From an uncultured archaeon (lineage in GTDB: Archaea > Altiarchaeota > Altiarchaeia > IMC4 > SCGC-AAA252-I15): a stretch of DNA of 64,000 nucleotides. Within the stretch, counting starts at the first letter, position 1; the number at the start of each line of letters is the position of its first letter. Positions 39,257-47,787 of this stretch are shown one piece after another. The notes beneath the pieces were generated by a model. That model did not search any database. It worked only from the letters and a program-made list of their open reading frames with translations, and had not been told where the DNA came from. Location: NCBI GenBank assembly GCA_902384455.1, contig CABMCB010000071.1, positions 184,196-248,195 on the forward strand. The letters run 5' to 3'. Position numbers and translations under genes: made by a program.

Positions 39257-39984
39257 ACGCCGCATACTTCAATTGTCCCTCCGGCATAGCAGGAGACATG
39301 GTTGTGGCCGCGTTGATTGACGCTGGCGCGTCGTTTCCTGAAATCAAAAACGAAGTCGGGAAAATTCCACTTTCGGATTACCGATTGCGGACTGAGAAGG
39401 TTAATCGTAGCGGAGTTGAGGCGCTGCGCTTCATCGTGGACGTCGAGGAAGGGCATCAGCCTCCTCGCGCTTACCGTGACATACGGAAGATGATTGATGA
39501 AAGCGCTCTTTCGCCCGCGGTAAAGGAAAAGTCCCAGGCAATATTTGCGGTTCTCGCGGAAACTGAATCCCACGTCCACGGCGTGCCGACAGAAAAAATC
39601 CACTTTCATGAGGTCGGCGCAGTAGACAGCATCATAGACATCGTCGCAACATGCGCCGCCCTAAACCAACTAAAGATAGACGCCATATACTCCTCCCCCC
39701 TACCCTGGCCTAAAGGATCAATCAAAACAGCGCACGGGATAATGGAAAACCCCGCACCAGCAACACGCCTACTACTTGAAGGAATACCAACCTATCCTGT
39801 TGACGTGGAATTCGAACTAGTCACACCCACAGGCGCGGCCATACTCAAAGCGCTTTCTACAGGATTCGGAAGCCCGCCGAAATTTAAGGGCGAAACAAAA
39901 TCAGGATTCGGCGCAGGCACTAAAGACCTAAAGGAACCCAACGTCCTTTTTGTGACTATTGGGGCTACCAAGACAGGCCGATGA
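39253..39984 (+). CDS. larC: LarC-family nickel insertion protein, N-terminal portion only
   Basis: SGIAGDM, IHFHEVGAVDSIIDI, AHG...PAPAT, ELVTPTGAA, GFGAG. Confidence 0.85.
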   Translation: MNAAYFNCPSGIAGDMVVAALIDAGASFPEIKNEVGKIPLSDYRLRTEKVNRSGVEALRFIVDVEEGHQPPRAYRDIRKMIDESALSPAVKEKSQAIFAVLAETESHVHGVPTEKIHFHEVGAVDSIIDIVATCAALNQLKIDAIYSSPLPWPKGSIKTAHGIMENPAPATRLLLEGIPTYPVDVEFELVTPTGAAILKALSTGFGSPPKFKGETKSGFGAGTKDLKEPNVLFVTIGATKTGR

Positions 39985-40384
39985 TTATCGCCGAGACAAG
40001 GAGTGCGACAAGGAAGTGCCCCATGTTCAAAAGGTAAAGTTCCTTCGGTTTTTTCTCCATAAGGACGCTATTGAGGCCGGGCATAGCCATAAATCCGACC
40101 CACGCGCAGAAGGCGATTTTCAGGCTTCCAAAAAGCGTTGTGTTCCCTGTAAAGTATATGAGGCGCGCAAGGACGAACACGGTCACGACTGCGCTAAGGA
40201 ACATGATCAAGAAGGTTGAAGCCATACTTTTTTTCATGTTTTCGGCCATCTCCTTCTCAGTAATGCCAGTTAGCTTAAGCCATCTTTTAAGGAAGACTTG
40301 GGGGGAATACCAGACGAAACCCACAATCCAAGCTGCAACCGCGCCAGCAAGCACACCCAAAACGTTTACTCCTGCGAATATCAT
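39965..40384 (-). CDS. DUF1761 membrane protein
   Basis: VNVLGVL...GFVWYSP.VF...W, four TM; start reassigned to ATG 40384. Confidence 0.85.
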   Translation of the reverse strand: MIFAGVNVLGVLAGAVAAWIVGFVWYSPQVFLKRWLKLTGITEKEMAENMKKSMASTFLIMFLSAVVTVFVLARLIYFTGNTTLFGSLKIAFCAWVGFMAMPGLNSVLMEKKPKELYLLNMGHFLVALLVSAIIIGLSW

Positions 40385-40425
40385 ATCAATCACTACTGCA
40401 TCATTCTCTGCTAAAACATAAATAC

Positions 40426-40474
40426 TCGGCGGATTCTCAGCAGTGCTCCGGACGTCAAAGCGAGAAACCGCCGA
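40426..40474. repeat. Interrupted inverted repeat between divergent TATA boxes
   Basis: TCGGCGG-A-TTCTC...GAGAA-A-CCGCCGA flanked by CATAAATA and TTTAAATA. Confidence 0.6.
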
Positions 40475-40526
40475 ACGATTTAAATACCGTCGCATCGAAT
40501 AGAAAAGCCAAGACAGGTGAACTCAA

Positions 40527-40778
40527 ATGGCTGACTACACTATACAACACGACAGACCAAACTGCATCGGCTGCACAGCATGCGCTGCGACTGCGCCTGC
40601 TTTCTGGGAGATGGGGGCAGACGGACTCTCAAACCTCAAAGGGGCGAAAAAAAACGCAGAGGGCAATGAGGAGCTTGCCATAGAACAGAAAGACTACGCA
40701 GTAAACAAGCAGGCCGCAGACAGCTGCCCTGTTAACGTCATCCACATTATTGACAAGGCAGGGAAGAAGATTATCTGA
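40527..40778 (+). CDS. Single-cluster ferredoxin
   Basis: CIGCTAC...SCPVNVI; AGGTGA SD. Confidence 0.93.
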   Translation: MADYTIQHDRPNCIGCTACAATAPAFWEMGADGLSNLKGAKKNAEGNEELAIEQKDYAVNKQAADSCPVNVIHIIDKAGKKII

Positions 40779-40783
40779 GGGCT

Positions 40784-40811
40784 TTTTGGCGCCCGTTTTT
40801 TTTTTGGCGCC
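40784..40811 (+). terminator. Oligo-T terminator with repeated TTTTTGGCGCC
   Basis: T5 and T10 runs directly after the ferredoxin stop. Confidence 0.6.
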
Positions 40812-40836
40812 GTCTTAATATAGGTTTGGGTGTGTT

Positions 40837-42450
40837 GTGGCTGAAATTTACTCGCAGAAAGAGAAGGCTCTTATTGCTCCCTACGTCACAAACGTAGATT
40901 CCGACGTTTTCGTTCTGACTAACCTGCCTGACGTAGTTAAAGGCGCTTTGTTTTCAAGGTACAGCCGAAGCCCCAAGACGCTTCGCCGCCTACTTTTGGA
41001 CGAGTTCATACTGAATGCGGAAAGCGGCTTCAATCAAATAGCCGGTCAAATGCCTGCGGAAGATTCTTCAGTCGCCATAAAGAAGGCGGAGGAATTTTAC
41101 GACCGCGTGTTGATAGGGTACGGCGACGACAGCGTTGCCGAGCTTGGGGGGGCGCATGTGGCCTGCGAGAACGTAAGCCAGATTGCGGCAAAAGCGCTTG
41201 AGGACCCGCGCATAGGAATAAGCCCACTTGAAAAAAGCACCCGCTACGTAATATTCAACGAAAAACAAGGCGGAAAATACCTCTACTACCGTGAACCGTC
41301 GATAATGGCGGGACCCCACGCGCAACTCTTCGAGGAAACATGCGACATGCTCTTTGACGAATACAGCAGGCTGCTGCCGCCAATCACAGCGTACCTTAAG
41401 GAAAAGCACCCCAAAGACTTCGACGCAAGCGACCGCGCATACGACGCCGCAATACGCGCCAAAGCATGCGACACACTGCGCGTCTACTTGCCCGCCGCAA
41501 CACAAACGAACGTAGGACTCTTCGGCAACGGCCGCGCCTTCGAGTACTTGATTGTGAAGCTTAGGAGCCAGAATCTACCTGAAATGCAGGCGCTCGCCGC
41601 AAGCATACACGGGGAATTAACCAAGCACATACCAAGCTTCGTAAAACGAGCGTATGGAGCTCATGGCGACACGCAGGCGGAATTCCTTGCCAGCCAAAGG
41701 AAAGCGCTAAGCAGCATTGCCAAAGAAACTCTTGCCGCCAAAACGTCCGGCGAAAAAGAAGTGACTTTGGTGTCCGCGCCGCCTGAAAAAGACGCTCTAC
41801 TTTCGGTCGCGGCCTCCGCCTTATATTCTCAAAGCGACATGCCTGAGGCGGAAGTGCGCGCTCAATTGGCCACTCAACCGCAGGAAAAACTAATCGAAAT
41901 AGTGCGCGCATGCGTTGCAGGAAGAGGCAACCGCCGCCACAAGCCGCCCCGCGCATTCGAAACAGTCCACTACGGTTATGACGTACTGGGGAACTTCGGA
42001 ATATACCGCGACCTACAGCGCCACAGAATACTCACCCAAGAACGCCAGCTATTAACCACAAAACACGGATACGACACACCGCCAATACTCATCGAGGCCG
42101 GCTACGAAAAAGACTATAAAGACGCGATGAAGAAGGCCGACGACGCATACCGGGTGCTTGCCAAAAAAAGCCCTGAAGCCGCCCAATACGTGGTGCCCTT
42201 CGGATACAAAATACGCTGGTACGTCAAACTAAACCTGCGCGAACTATTCCACTTCGCAGAACTACGGACAAGCCCGCAAGGCCACGCAGACTACAGGAGA
42301 GTCGCCTATGAAATGTACCGCCTAGCAGCAGAAAAACACCCCAACCTCACCGCAGGCATGACATACGTAAACGCCGAACAAACAGCCCTAGAACGACTTG
42401 ACGCGGAAAAAAGAAATGACGAAAAAATGAGGAAAACAAAAGACAAGTAA
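40837..42450 (+). CDS. thyX: FAD-dependent thymidylate synthase, double-domain form
   Basis: SRYSRS, YGDDSVAELG, EKSTRY, RDLQRHR, LRTSPQGH; 537 aa. Confidence 0.93.
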   Translation: MAEIYSQKEKALIAPYVTNVDSDVFVLTNLPDVVKGALFSRYSRSPKTLRRLLLDEFILNAESGFNQIAGQMPAEDSSVAIKKAEEFYDRVLIGYGDDSVAELGGAHVACENVSQIAAKALEDPRIGISPLEKSTRYVIFNEKQGGKYLYYREPSIMAGPHAQLFEETCDMLFDEYSRLLPPITAYLKEKHPKDFDASDRAYDAAIRAKACDTLRVYLPAATQTNVGLFGNGRAFEYLIVKLRSQNLPEMQALAASIHGELTKHIPSFVKRAYGAHGDTQAEFLASQRKALSSIAKETLAAKTSGEKEVTLVSAPPEKDALLSVAASALYSQSDMPEAEVRAQLATQPQEKLIEIVRACVAGRGNRRHKPPRAFETVHYGYDVLGNFGIYRDLQRHRILTQERQLLTTKHGYDTPPILIEAGYEKDYKDAMKKADDAYRVLAKKSPEAAQYVVPFGYKIRWYVKLNLRELFHFAELRTSPQGHADYRRVAYEMYRLAAEKHPNLTAGMTYVNAEQTALERLDAEKRNDEKMRKTKDK

Positions 42451-42513
42451 GTCGTCGTCAAAAGAACGCCTTCAACCAGATTATTTAATCGTCCTCTCCC
42501 AATACGCAAGCTG

Positions 42514-43158
42514 ATGAGAACATACTTCCCCGGCGTATTCGAATTCCACGGGCGGCCTGCGACTAAGAATTCTGTTCCAGGTCTTACGGTGTACGGAGAG
42601 CGTACTTTCAAGCAGGGCGGCGTTGAGTACCGCGCGTGGGACCCCTTCAGGAGCAAGGTCGCTGCGGGAATAGTTCAGGGATTGCGCAGGTTCCCTGTGA
42701 CGCAAGACAGCACGGTACTGTATTTGGGGGCGAGCACCGGCACCACCGCAAGCCACATAGCGGACATAACAAGGCGCCTTGTTTACTGCGTTGAATTCAG
42801 CCCGCGGATGCTCAGGGAGCTCGTGCCTGTCGCCGAACGAAAGACCAACATGGTGCCGATACTTGCCGACGCAAGGCAGCCGCAGGAATACCGGCATCTG
42901 CTGTCCAAGGCGGACGTAATAATTCAGGACGTGGCTCAACCTAATCAAACTGAAATACTCACCAAAAACATGGAGACATTCGGCGCCAAAGCCGCGCTTC
43001 TTTCCATAAAAGCCCGCAGCATAAACAGCGTCAGAGACCCCCAGAAAATATTCAAGGAGGAAGTGAACACGCTGCGCGGAAAATTCAACGTCCTCGAAGT
43101 AGTGGACCTGAGGCCTTTCGAGGAGGACCACGTGTTGGTTAATTTGACCGCAAAGTAG
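42514..43158 (+). CDS. flpA: Fibrillarin-like rRNA/tRNA 2'-O-methyltransferase
   Basis: VYGE, YRAWDPFRSK, VLYLGASTGTT, DVAQPNQ, IKARSI. Confidence 0.97.
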   Translation: MRTYFPGVFEFHGRPATKNSVPGLTVYGERTFKQGGVEYRAWDPFRSKVAAGIVQGLRRFPVTQDSTVLYLGASTGTTASHIADITRRLVYCVEFSPRMLRELVPVAERKTNMVPILADARQPQEYRHLLSKADVIIQDVAQPNQTEILTKNMETFGAKAALLSIKARSINSVRDPQKIFKEEVNTLRGKFNVLEVVDLRPFEEDHVLVNLTAK

Positions 43159-43164
43159 TTTGCC

Positions 43165-43686
43165 ATGATTGAGATGGAGGTGAAGGCGAAGGCTCCGTCT
43201 GACGCCGAACGCATTTTGGTTTCTCTTGGGGCGGTGCATAAGGAGACCTTAAGGCAGGAGGACGAGTATTTTCAGCATCCTGTGCGCGACTTCGCCAAAA
43301 CTGACGAGGCATTGAGGCTTCGTAGGGAAAACAACCGCACGTTCCTCACTTACAAGGGGCCTAAGGCGGGCGGTCCTGTTAAGACGAGGGAGGAGTTGGA
43401 GATTCCTGTTGAACTGAGCATTAGAGGTATCCTTTTGAAGTTGGGGTTCACTCCGGTTGCTTCAGTCAAGAAGATTAGGCGGACGTACATCTTCCAAAAG
43501 TTCGCGGTGAGCATAGACGAAGTGGAGGGTTTAGGACTGTTTTTGGAGGTTGAGGCGCAGCAGCCGGCTGAAAAAGAAGAATTCTTCGAATTCCTCAAGA
43601 ATTTCGGCGTAAAACAGCATGATGCGATAGTGGCGTCATACCTGGAGATGCTGGAGGGCAACATAGTCACTCCACCCAAGGAATAA
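43165..43686 (+). CDS. cyaB: CYTH-domain protein (class IV adenylate cyclase family)
   Basis: EMEVK, QEDEYF, LRLR, LTYKGP, REELE, DEVEGLG.FLEVE. Confidence 0.9.
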   Translation: MIEMEVKAKAPSDAERILVSLGAVHKETLRQEDEYFQHPVRDFAKTDEALRLRRENNRTFLTYKGPKAGGPVKTREELEIPVELSIRGILLKLGFTPVASVKKIRRTYIFQKFAVSIDEVEGLGLFLEVEAQQPAEKEEFFEFLKNFGVKQHDAIVASYLEMLEGNIVTPPKE

Positions 43687-43762
43687 CCTCCCCCGAAAAA
43701 CCCCTGCCAGCTGCGTCTTAAGCCTTTTTTCAAGCGGTGCGGCTAATCAATAACCAAACATA

Positions 43763-45046
43763 ATGAAGCTTAAGACCGCCAATTACCCCGATACGTCCTC
43801 GGCAGTAAAAAAGATGCTGACGCGCAAACCTCCTACGTCAGATGACGCAGTAGAAGTGGCGTTGAAGATTATTCAGGACGTTGTGGCGAAAGGCGACCAG
43901 GCGCTATACCAGTACACCCAAAAATTCGACGGCTTCCCATTGTCAGGCGGAAACTTCCGCATAATACCCCGGGAAACTCAGGACGCCTACGCCGAAGTAA
44001 AACCCAAATTCCTCAAGGCCCTAAAGCACGCCCGCCGAAACATAGCCCACTTCCACGAACAACAGCTTAAGCGCGCCTCAGTCAACTGGAAAGAAGAGAC
44101 GGAATCAAGCGTAATAGTAGGAGAAAAAACAACCCCAATAGGAAGCGTGGGATGCTACATTCCAGGCGGCCGCGCCAAATACCCCAGCACCGTTCTTATG
44201 ACTGCTTTGGTCGCTAAAATCGCTGGTGTCCCGCGCGTCGTAGTCGTTTCTCCCCCTCCGATTTCGCCCGAAATACTTGTGGCATGCGACTTGGCGGGAG
44301 TGGACGAAGTCTACAGGATTGGCGGAGCGCAGGCGATAGCGGCGTTAGCTTACGGCACGCAAAACATTCCTCCAGTGGACAAAATAGTTGGCCCCGGAAA
44401 CAAGTATGTTACTGCGGCAAAGAAACTCGTTTACGGCGTAGTAGACGTGGACATGCCGGCCGGCCCAAGTGAAGTCCTAATAATAGCAGACCACACCGCA
44501 GACCCCCGGTGGGTCGCGTGGGATTTGGCGGCGCAAGCCGAACACGACCCTGACGCCCGCGTAGTACTTGCGACGACTGAAAAGAAGATGGCTGCGGCAG
44601 TCTCCAAGCATCTGACTGAAATAGTCAAAGATAGCCCCCGGAAGGCGGTCATGGAAAAAAGCCTTGAGGAGGCGCTTGTGGTCAACGTCAAATCAATAGA
44701 ATCCGCGATAGAGTTCGCCAACAAGTACGCTCCCGAACACCTGGAAATACACACGGAGCACCCGTCAGAAGTAGCGGAAAAAATCAGCTTCGCAGGCGCA
44801 ATATTTGTCGGCGAAAACACTCCCGTAGCAATAGGAGACTACGCGGCAGGAAGCAACCACACACTGCCGACGTCCGGAGCCGCAAAGTTCGCAAGCCCCC
44901 TATCAGTCAGAGACTTCCTAAAGACAACTTCAACAACCCACGTAGAAAGAGCCGGCCTAAAGGCGCTATCAGAAACAGTGGAAACACTCGCCGAAGCAGA
45001 AGGCCTAATGGCACACAAGGAATCAATCAAAGCAAGATTCAAATAG
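43763..45046 (+). CDS. hisD: Histidinol dehydrogenase
   Basis: GGAQAIAALAYGT, GPGNKYV, AGPSE, QAEHD, APEHL, GDY.AGSNHTLPT. Confidence 0.98.
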   Translation: MKLKTANYPDTSSAVKKMLTRKPPTSDDAVEVALKIIQDVVAKGDQALYQYTQKFDGFPLSGGNFRIIPRETQDAYAEVKPKFLKALKHARRNIAHFHEQQLKRASVNWKEETESSVIVGEKTTPIGSVGCYIPGGRAKYPSTVLMTALVAKIAGVPRVVVVSPPPISPEILVACDLAGVDEVYRIGGAQAIAALAYGTQNIPPVDKIVGPGNKYVTAAKKLVYGVVDVDMPAGPSEVLIIADHTADPRWVAWDLAAQAEHDPDARVVLATTEKKMAAAVSKHLTEIVKDSPRKAVMEKSLEEALVVNVKSIESAIEFANKYAPEHLEIHTEHPSEVAEKISFAGAIFVGENTPVAIGDYAAGSNHTLPTSGAAKFASPLSVRDFLKTTSTTHVERAGLKALSETVETLAEAEGLMAHKESIKARFK

Positions 45047-47279
45047 AATCAGGACCGTCTTGAGCGGCATCTTCCGTCCCCTGAGGCGGGTTCGCTTTTT
45101 TCTGGACATGAGGGACATGAATGCCTAAAGACCTCATGTACTTGCGCACCTTAATGAAAGCCGTTTCCTCCAACTGCCTTATGCGCTCCCTCTCCAGCGG
45201 CCCTTCCCCTGAATCCTCCCTATGCGCCTTCATGAATCCAGTATTCGCTATTTCCTCAAGAGTCATAGGCGTTTCTGTGAGCCCCAAATCTTCGTCGGGA
45301 ATTCCGTAGTGCGCCTTTACAACATACCTGTAGCGCAGCGGAAGTTTTTCGATTCCTTCATAAACTACCGGCGCAAAATGGGCGAAAAGTTCCATGCGGC
45401 TTTGTCTTGCTATCTCAGTCTCCAAACCGGCCTCCTGAAGCCGCGGGTCGCCGTCATAAAAAAGCTCAGCATCATGGGACCCTCTCCTTTCCCAGTTTAT
45501 TTTGATTTTATCAAGAGGGCGAGACACCGCCATATTCATTTTTATGCCTAAGGGAACATCGCTAGTCGAGTCAGCGGCCTTTATAACCTCGACAAGAATT
45601 TGGCCTACAACGTCATCATAATCCAGTCCGTAGCCCAGATAGTCCAATGCGGCTTCTGCGGCACGTTTCATAAAGCCGGTTATAACTCTCTGTCGCGCCT
45701 GAGGGTCGCCTGCCTTCATATGACGCTCTAATGCGGGTTGTTCCCCGCGTAAAAAATCCGGCACATCTTTCGTGTAAAACGCGTAAGTTTCGCTTTTTCT
45801 TGCCGCCTCAATAATCTGGGCTGTTTCCTCGCGGTGGTCGATTAAATCAAACACCCTGGCGATCTGATCCTGCCGCTTCATCTCGCGCTCAGCCACCTCA
45901 AAACCCAAAACGGGGTCTGCCCTAAGCGCCTGAAAAGCTTCTCCGCGTCCTTGAAGGCCACTCTGACGCATGTACCACTGGAGGAATCCTCTCATGCTTT
46001 GGCCCAACGGTTCTATTGTGGTGCAGTATTGGGTTGCGCTTCTTATTTCAGTGGGTTTCTTGCCTAGTTGTTGGGCGAGCATTATATGGCATTCCGCTAT
46101 TGTTTCCGGCATCACCCAGTCCCAGAAGAAGGTGCTTCCCTCGCTTATGCGGCGTATCTGGGCGGAAGCAAGCGCATAACGGTCCACTCTAACCGGACAA
46201 CCTACTTCCGCAAGGTGCGCGACCATGCGGCCGGGCGCATCCTCGTTGTTGCACCCGAAAAGATTCTTGTACTTTGTGACAAGAGTCTGGGGCATGCGGC
46301 CTAATTCTGGAAGAACAACGTTGAAGTCTGTGTAGTCGAGTTTTTCAGGGGGCTTTGCGACTGCAATGCTTACTAGTGAAGTAACGTAGGACTCGAATTC
46401 CGGTATAGCGCCCTCCCACATGAAAATGCCTTGGCTCCTATACTTTTCTTTCTGGCGTTCAAGAAGCCGCTGCCTGTCCAACTGAAGCCCCCTAAGGTTG
46501 TACTGCGGGTCGTCCTTAAGGGCTGCAATGGCGTTAGGAACAGTATCATACCCGCCCCTTTCCCTGTAATCCTTTAGGAAACTCACCATGAGCATCCGGT
46601 TCCCTAGTGTTGGCACCCTCTCGTCGAAGTCCGTTTCCATAAGCCGCTCAACATCCTTGCCAACAACATAACACAACTCAGTCACGCAGGCGCGGACAGT
46701 CTGAGGCACAGCCCAACGCCAAAAGAAATTTTCGCCCTCACCCCTTATGCGCTCCATCTGCCTGAGGTGAATCCTGTCCAAGTCAAGGCGCGCATCGATT
46801 GAGGCGCCGTACCTGCCCTTCAAATCCTCAAGGCGCTCAGGCGCAGGCACACCTAAATCCTTGCGCCTAGTGAAGCTAGTGAAGTCCTTCCCGCCCAAAC
46901 CCGCGATAGGCTGCTCGAAATCGGATGTAGAAAGGTCCCCCACTCTTTTGCCTGCCGAATAGCACACTTCCTCCATAATTCTTTCCTCAGTCTCCGGCAG
47001 GAAATACTTGAAGTCCATGTTTCCTCCAGGCGCAATAATCTTGTCCCATTGGATTTGAGCTATCAGCTTCCGGTCAGGTTCGGGGCGGATTTGACTGTCA
47101 CCCTTCATCGCCTCAAGTCCCGCAAGCCCCCGCCCCCTGCCTCTTGGTATGTCGTTAACTCTCTCGTACGCATCAAGAAGCCCCACCATGTACTTACCGC
47201 CTATATTGAAGTCGGAGGTAGTCAAGTCGTCCACGGTTTTACCGTACGTATAACAAGCTAACTCCATTATTTTTCTCAC
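45039..47279 (-). CDS. Repeat protein with C-terminal sigma-70 region 2 and region 4-like domains
   Basis: KAGDPQARQRVI...YLGYGLDYDDVV...IKAA; LPLRYRYVV..HYG...MTLEEIA...RERIRQLEETA..KVR; five ~100-aa N-terminal repeats. Confidence 0.75.
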   Translation of the reverse strand: MRKIMELACYTYGKTVDDLTTSDFNIGGKYMVGLLDAYERVNDIPRGRGRGLAGLEAMKGDSQIRPEPDRKLIAQIQWDKIIAPGGNMDFKYFLPETEERIMEEVCYSAGKRVGDLSTSDFEQPIAGLGGKDFTSFTRRKDLGVPAPERLEDLKGRYGASIDARLDLDRIHLRQMERIRGEGENFFWRWAVPQTVRACVTELCYVVGKDVERLMETDFDERVPTLGNRMLMVSFLKDYRERGGYDTVPNAIAALKDDPQYNLRGLQLDRQRLLERQKEKYRSQGIFMWEGAIPEFESYVTSLVSIAVAKPPEKLDYTDFNVVLPELGRMPQTLVTKYKNLFGCNNEDAPGRMVAHLAEVGCPVRVDRYALASAQIRRISEGSTFFWDWVMPETIAECHIMLAQQLGKKPTEIRSATQYCTTIEPLGQSMRGFLQWYMRQSGLQGRGEAFQALRADPVLGFEVAEREMKRQDQIARVFDLIDHREETAQIIEAARKSETYAFYTKDVPDFLRGEQPALERHMKAGDPQARQRVITGFMKRAAEAALDYLGYGLDYDDVVGQILVEVIKAADSTSDVPLGIKMNMAVSRPLDKIKINWERRGSHDAELFYDGDPRLQEAGLETEIARQSRMELFAHFAPVVYEGIEKLPLRYRYVVKAHYGIPDEDLGLTETPMTLEEIANTGFMKAHREDSGEGPLERERIRQLEETAFIKVRKYMRSLGIHVPHVQKKANPPQGTEDAAQDGPDSI

Positions 47280-47309
47280 TAAAGCCGGGCGATGTATGAC
47301 TATCTTATC

Positions 47310-47717
47310 TCAGTTGCCAATCTTAGGGTCTCTTATCAAGTCGTCTATTTCCGACAGAACTCTCGCGCTTTCAGGCAGGGCGACTGAATGGCTTAAAAGA
47401 TGCCGCTCATCCCTCGTCCTCGACTCACCCGCATCATGCTTGCTCATCGCAGCCAAAAGCGAAACTCCCAAAGCGGCCGTCCTCTTTTGTTCTGTGGGTA
47501 TGTCTGAGCCAGCAAGCCGGGAGAGCTCGTCGGCTAGTTGAGTGCGGTCTACTCCGGCGGCCTGCATGAGGTGGGGGACGGTGGGTCTGCTTCCTACTTC
47601 CATTAATGCGTCGTCAGGCAGTTCCGCTTTAACTCTAAGGAATTTTCCGTCGTCTGTGGCGGTGAATTCGAGCCCCCCTATGCGTACGGCATCTTTTCTG
47701 GCTGGGACGGAAACCAT
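47310..47717 (-). CDS. Hypothetical; probable N-terminus of the sigma-like gene, separated by one in-frame TGA
   Basis: Same frame as 45039-47279, with 10 sense codons between the TGA and the next ORF. Confidence 0.6.
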   Translation of the reverse strand: MVSVPARKDAVRIGGLEFTATDDGKFLRVKAELPDDALMEVGSRPTVPHLMQAAGVDRTQLADELSRLAGSDIPTEQKRTAALGVSLLAAMSKHDAGESRTRDERHLLSHSVALPESARVLSEIDDLIRDPKIGN

Positions 47718-47787
47718 CAGATATTATACGAAGTTTACCGCAAAAAATCCGTTGCATGGGGAATATGTGCTGTGGATAACCCTAAAA

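Noticed and set aside
40837-42450. Double-length ThyX as a novelty
   Set aside because: Tandem-domain ThyX is already known, for example in Chlamydia
47310-47312. Genome-wide TGA recoding or selenocysteine
   Set aside because: TGA terminates many conserved genes at expected positions, and the aligned residue is Trp rather than Cys
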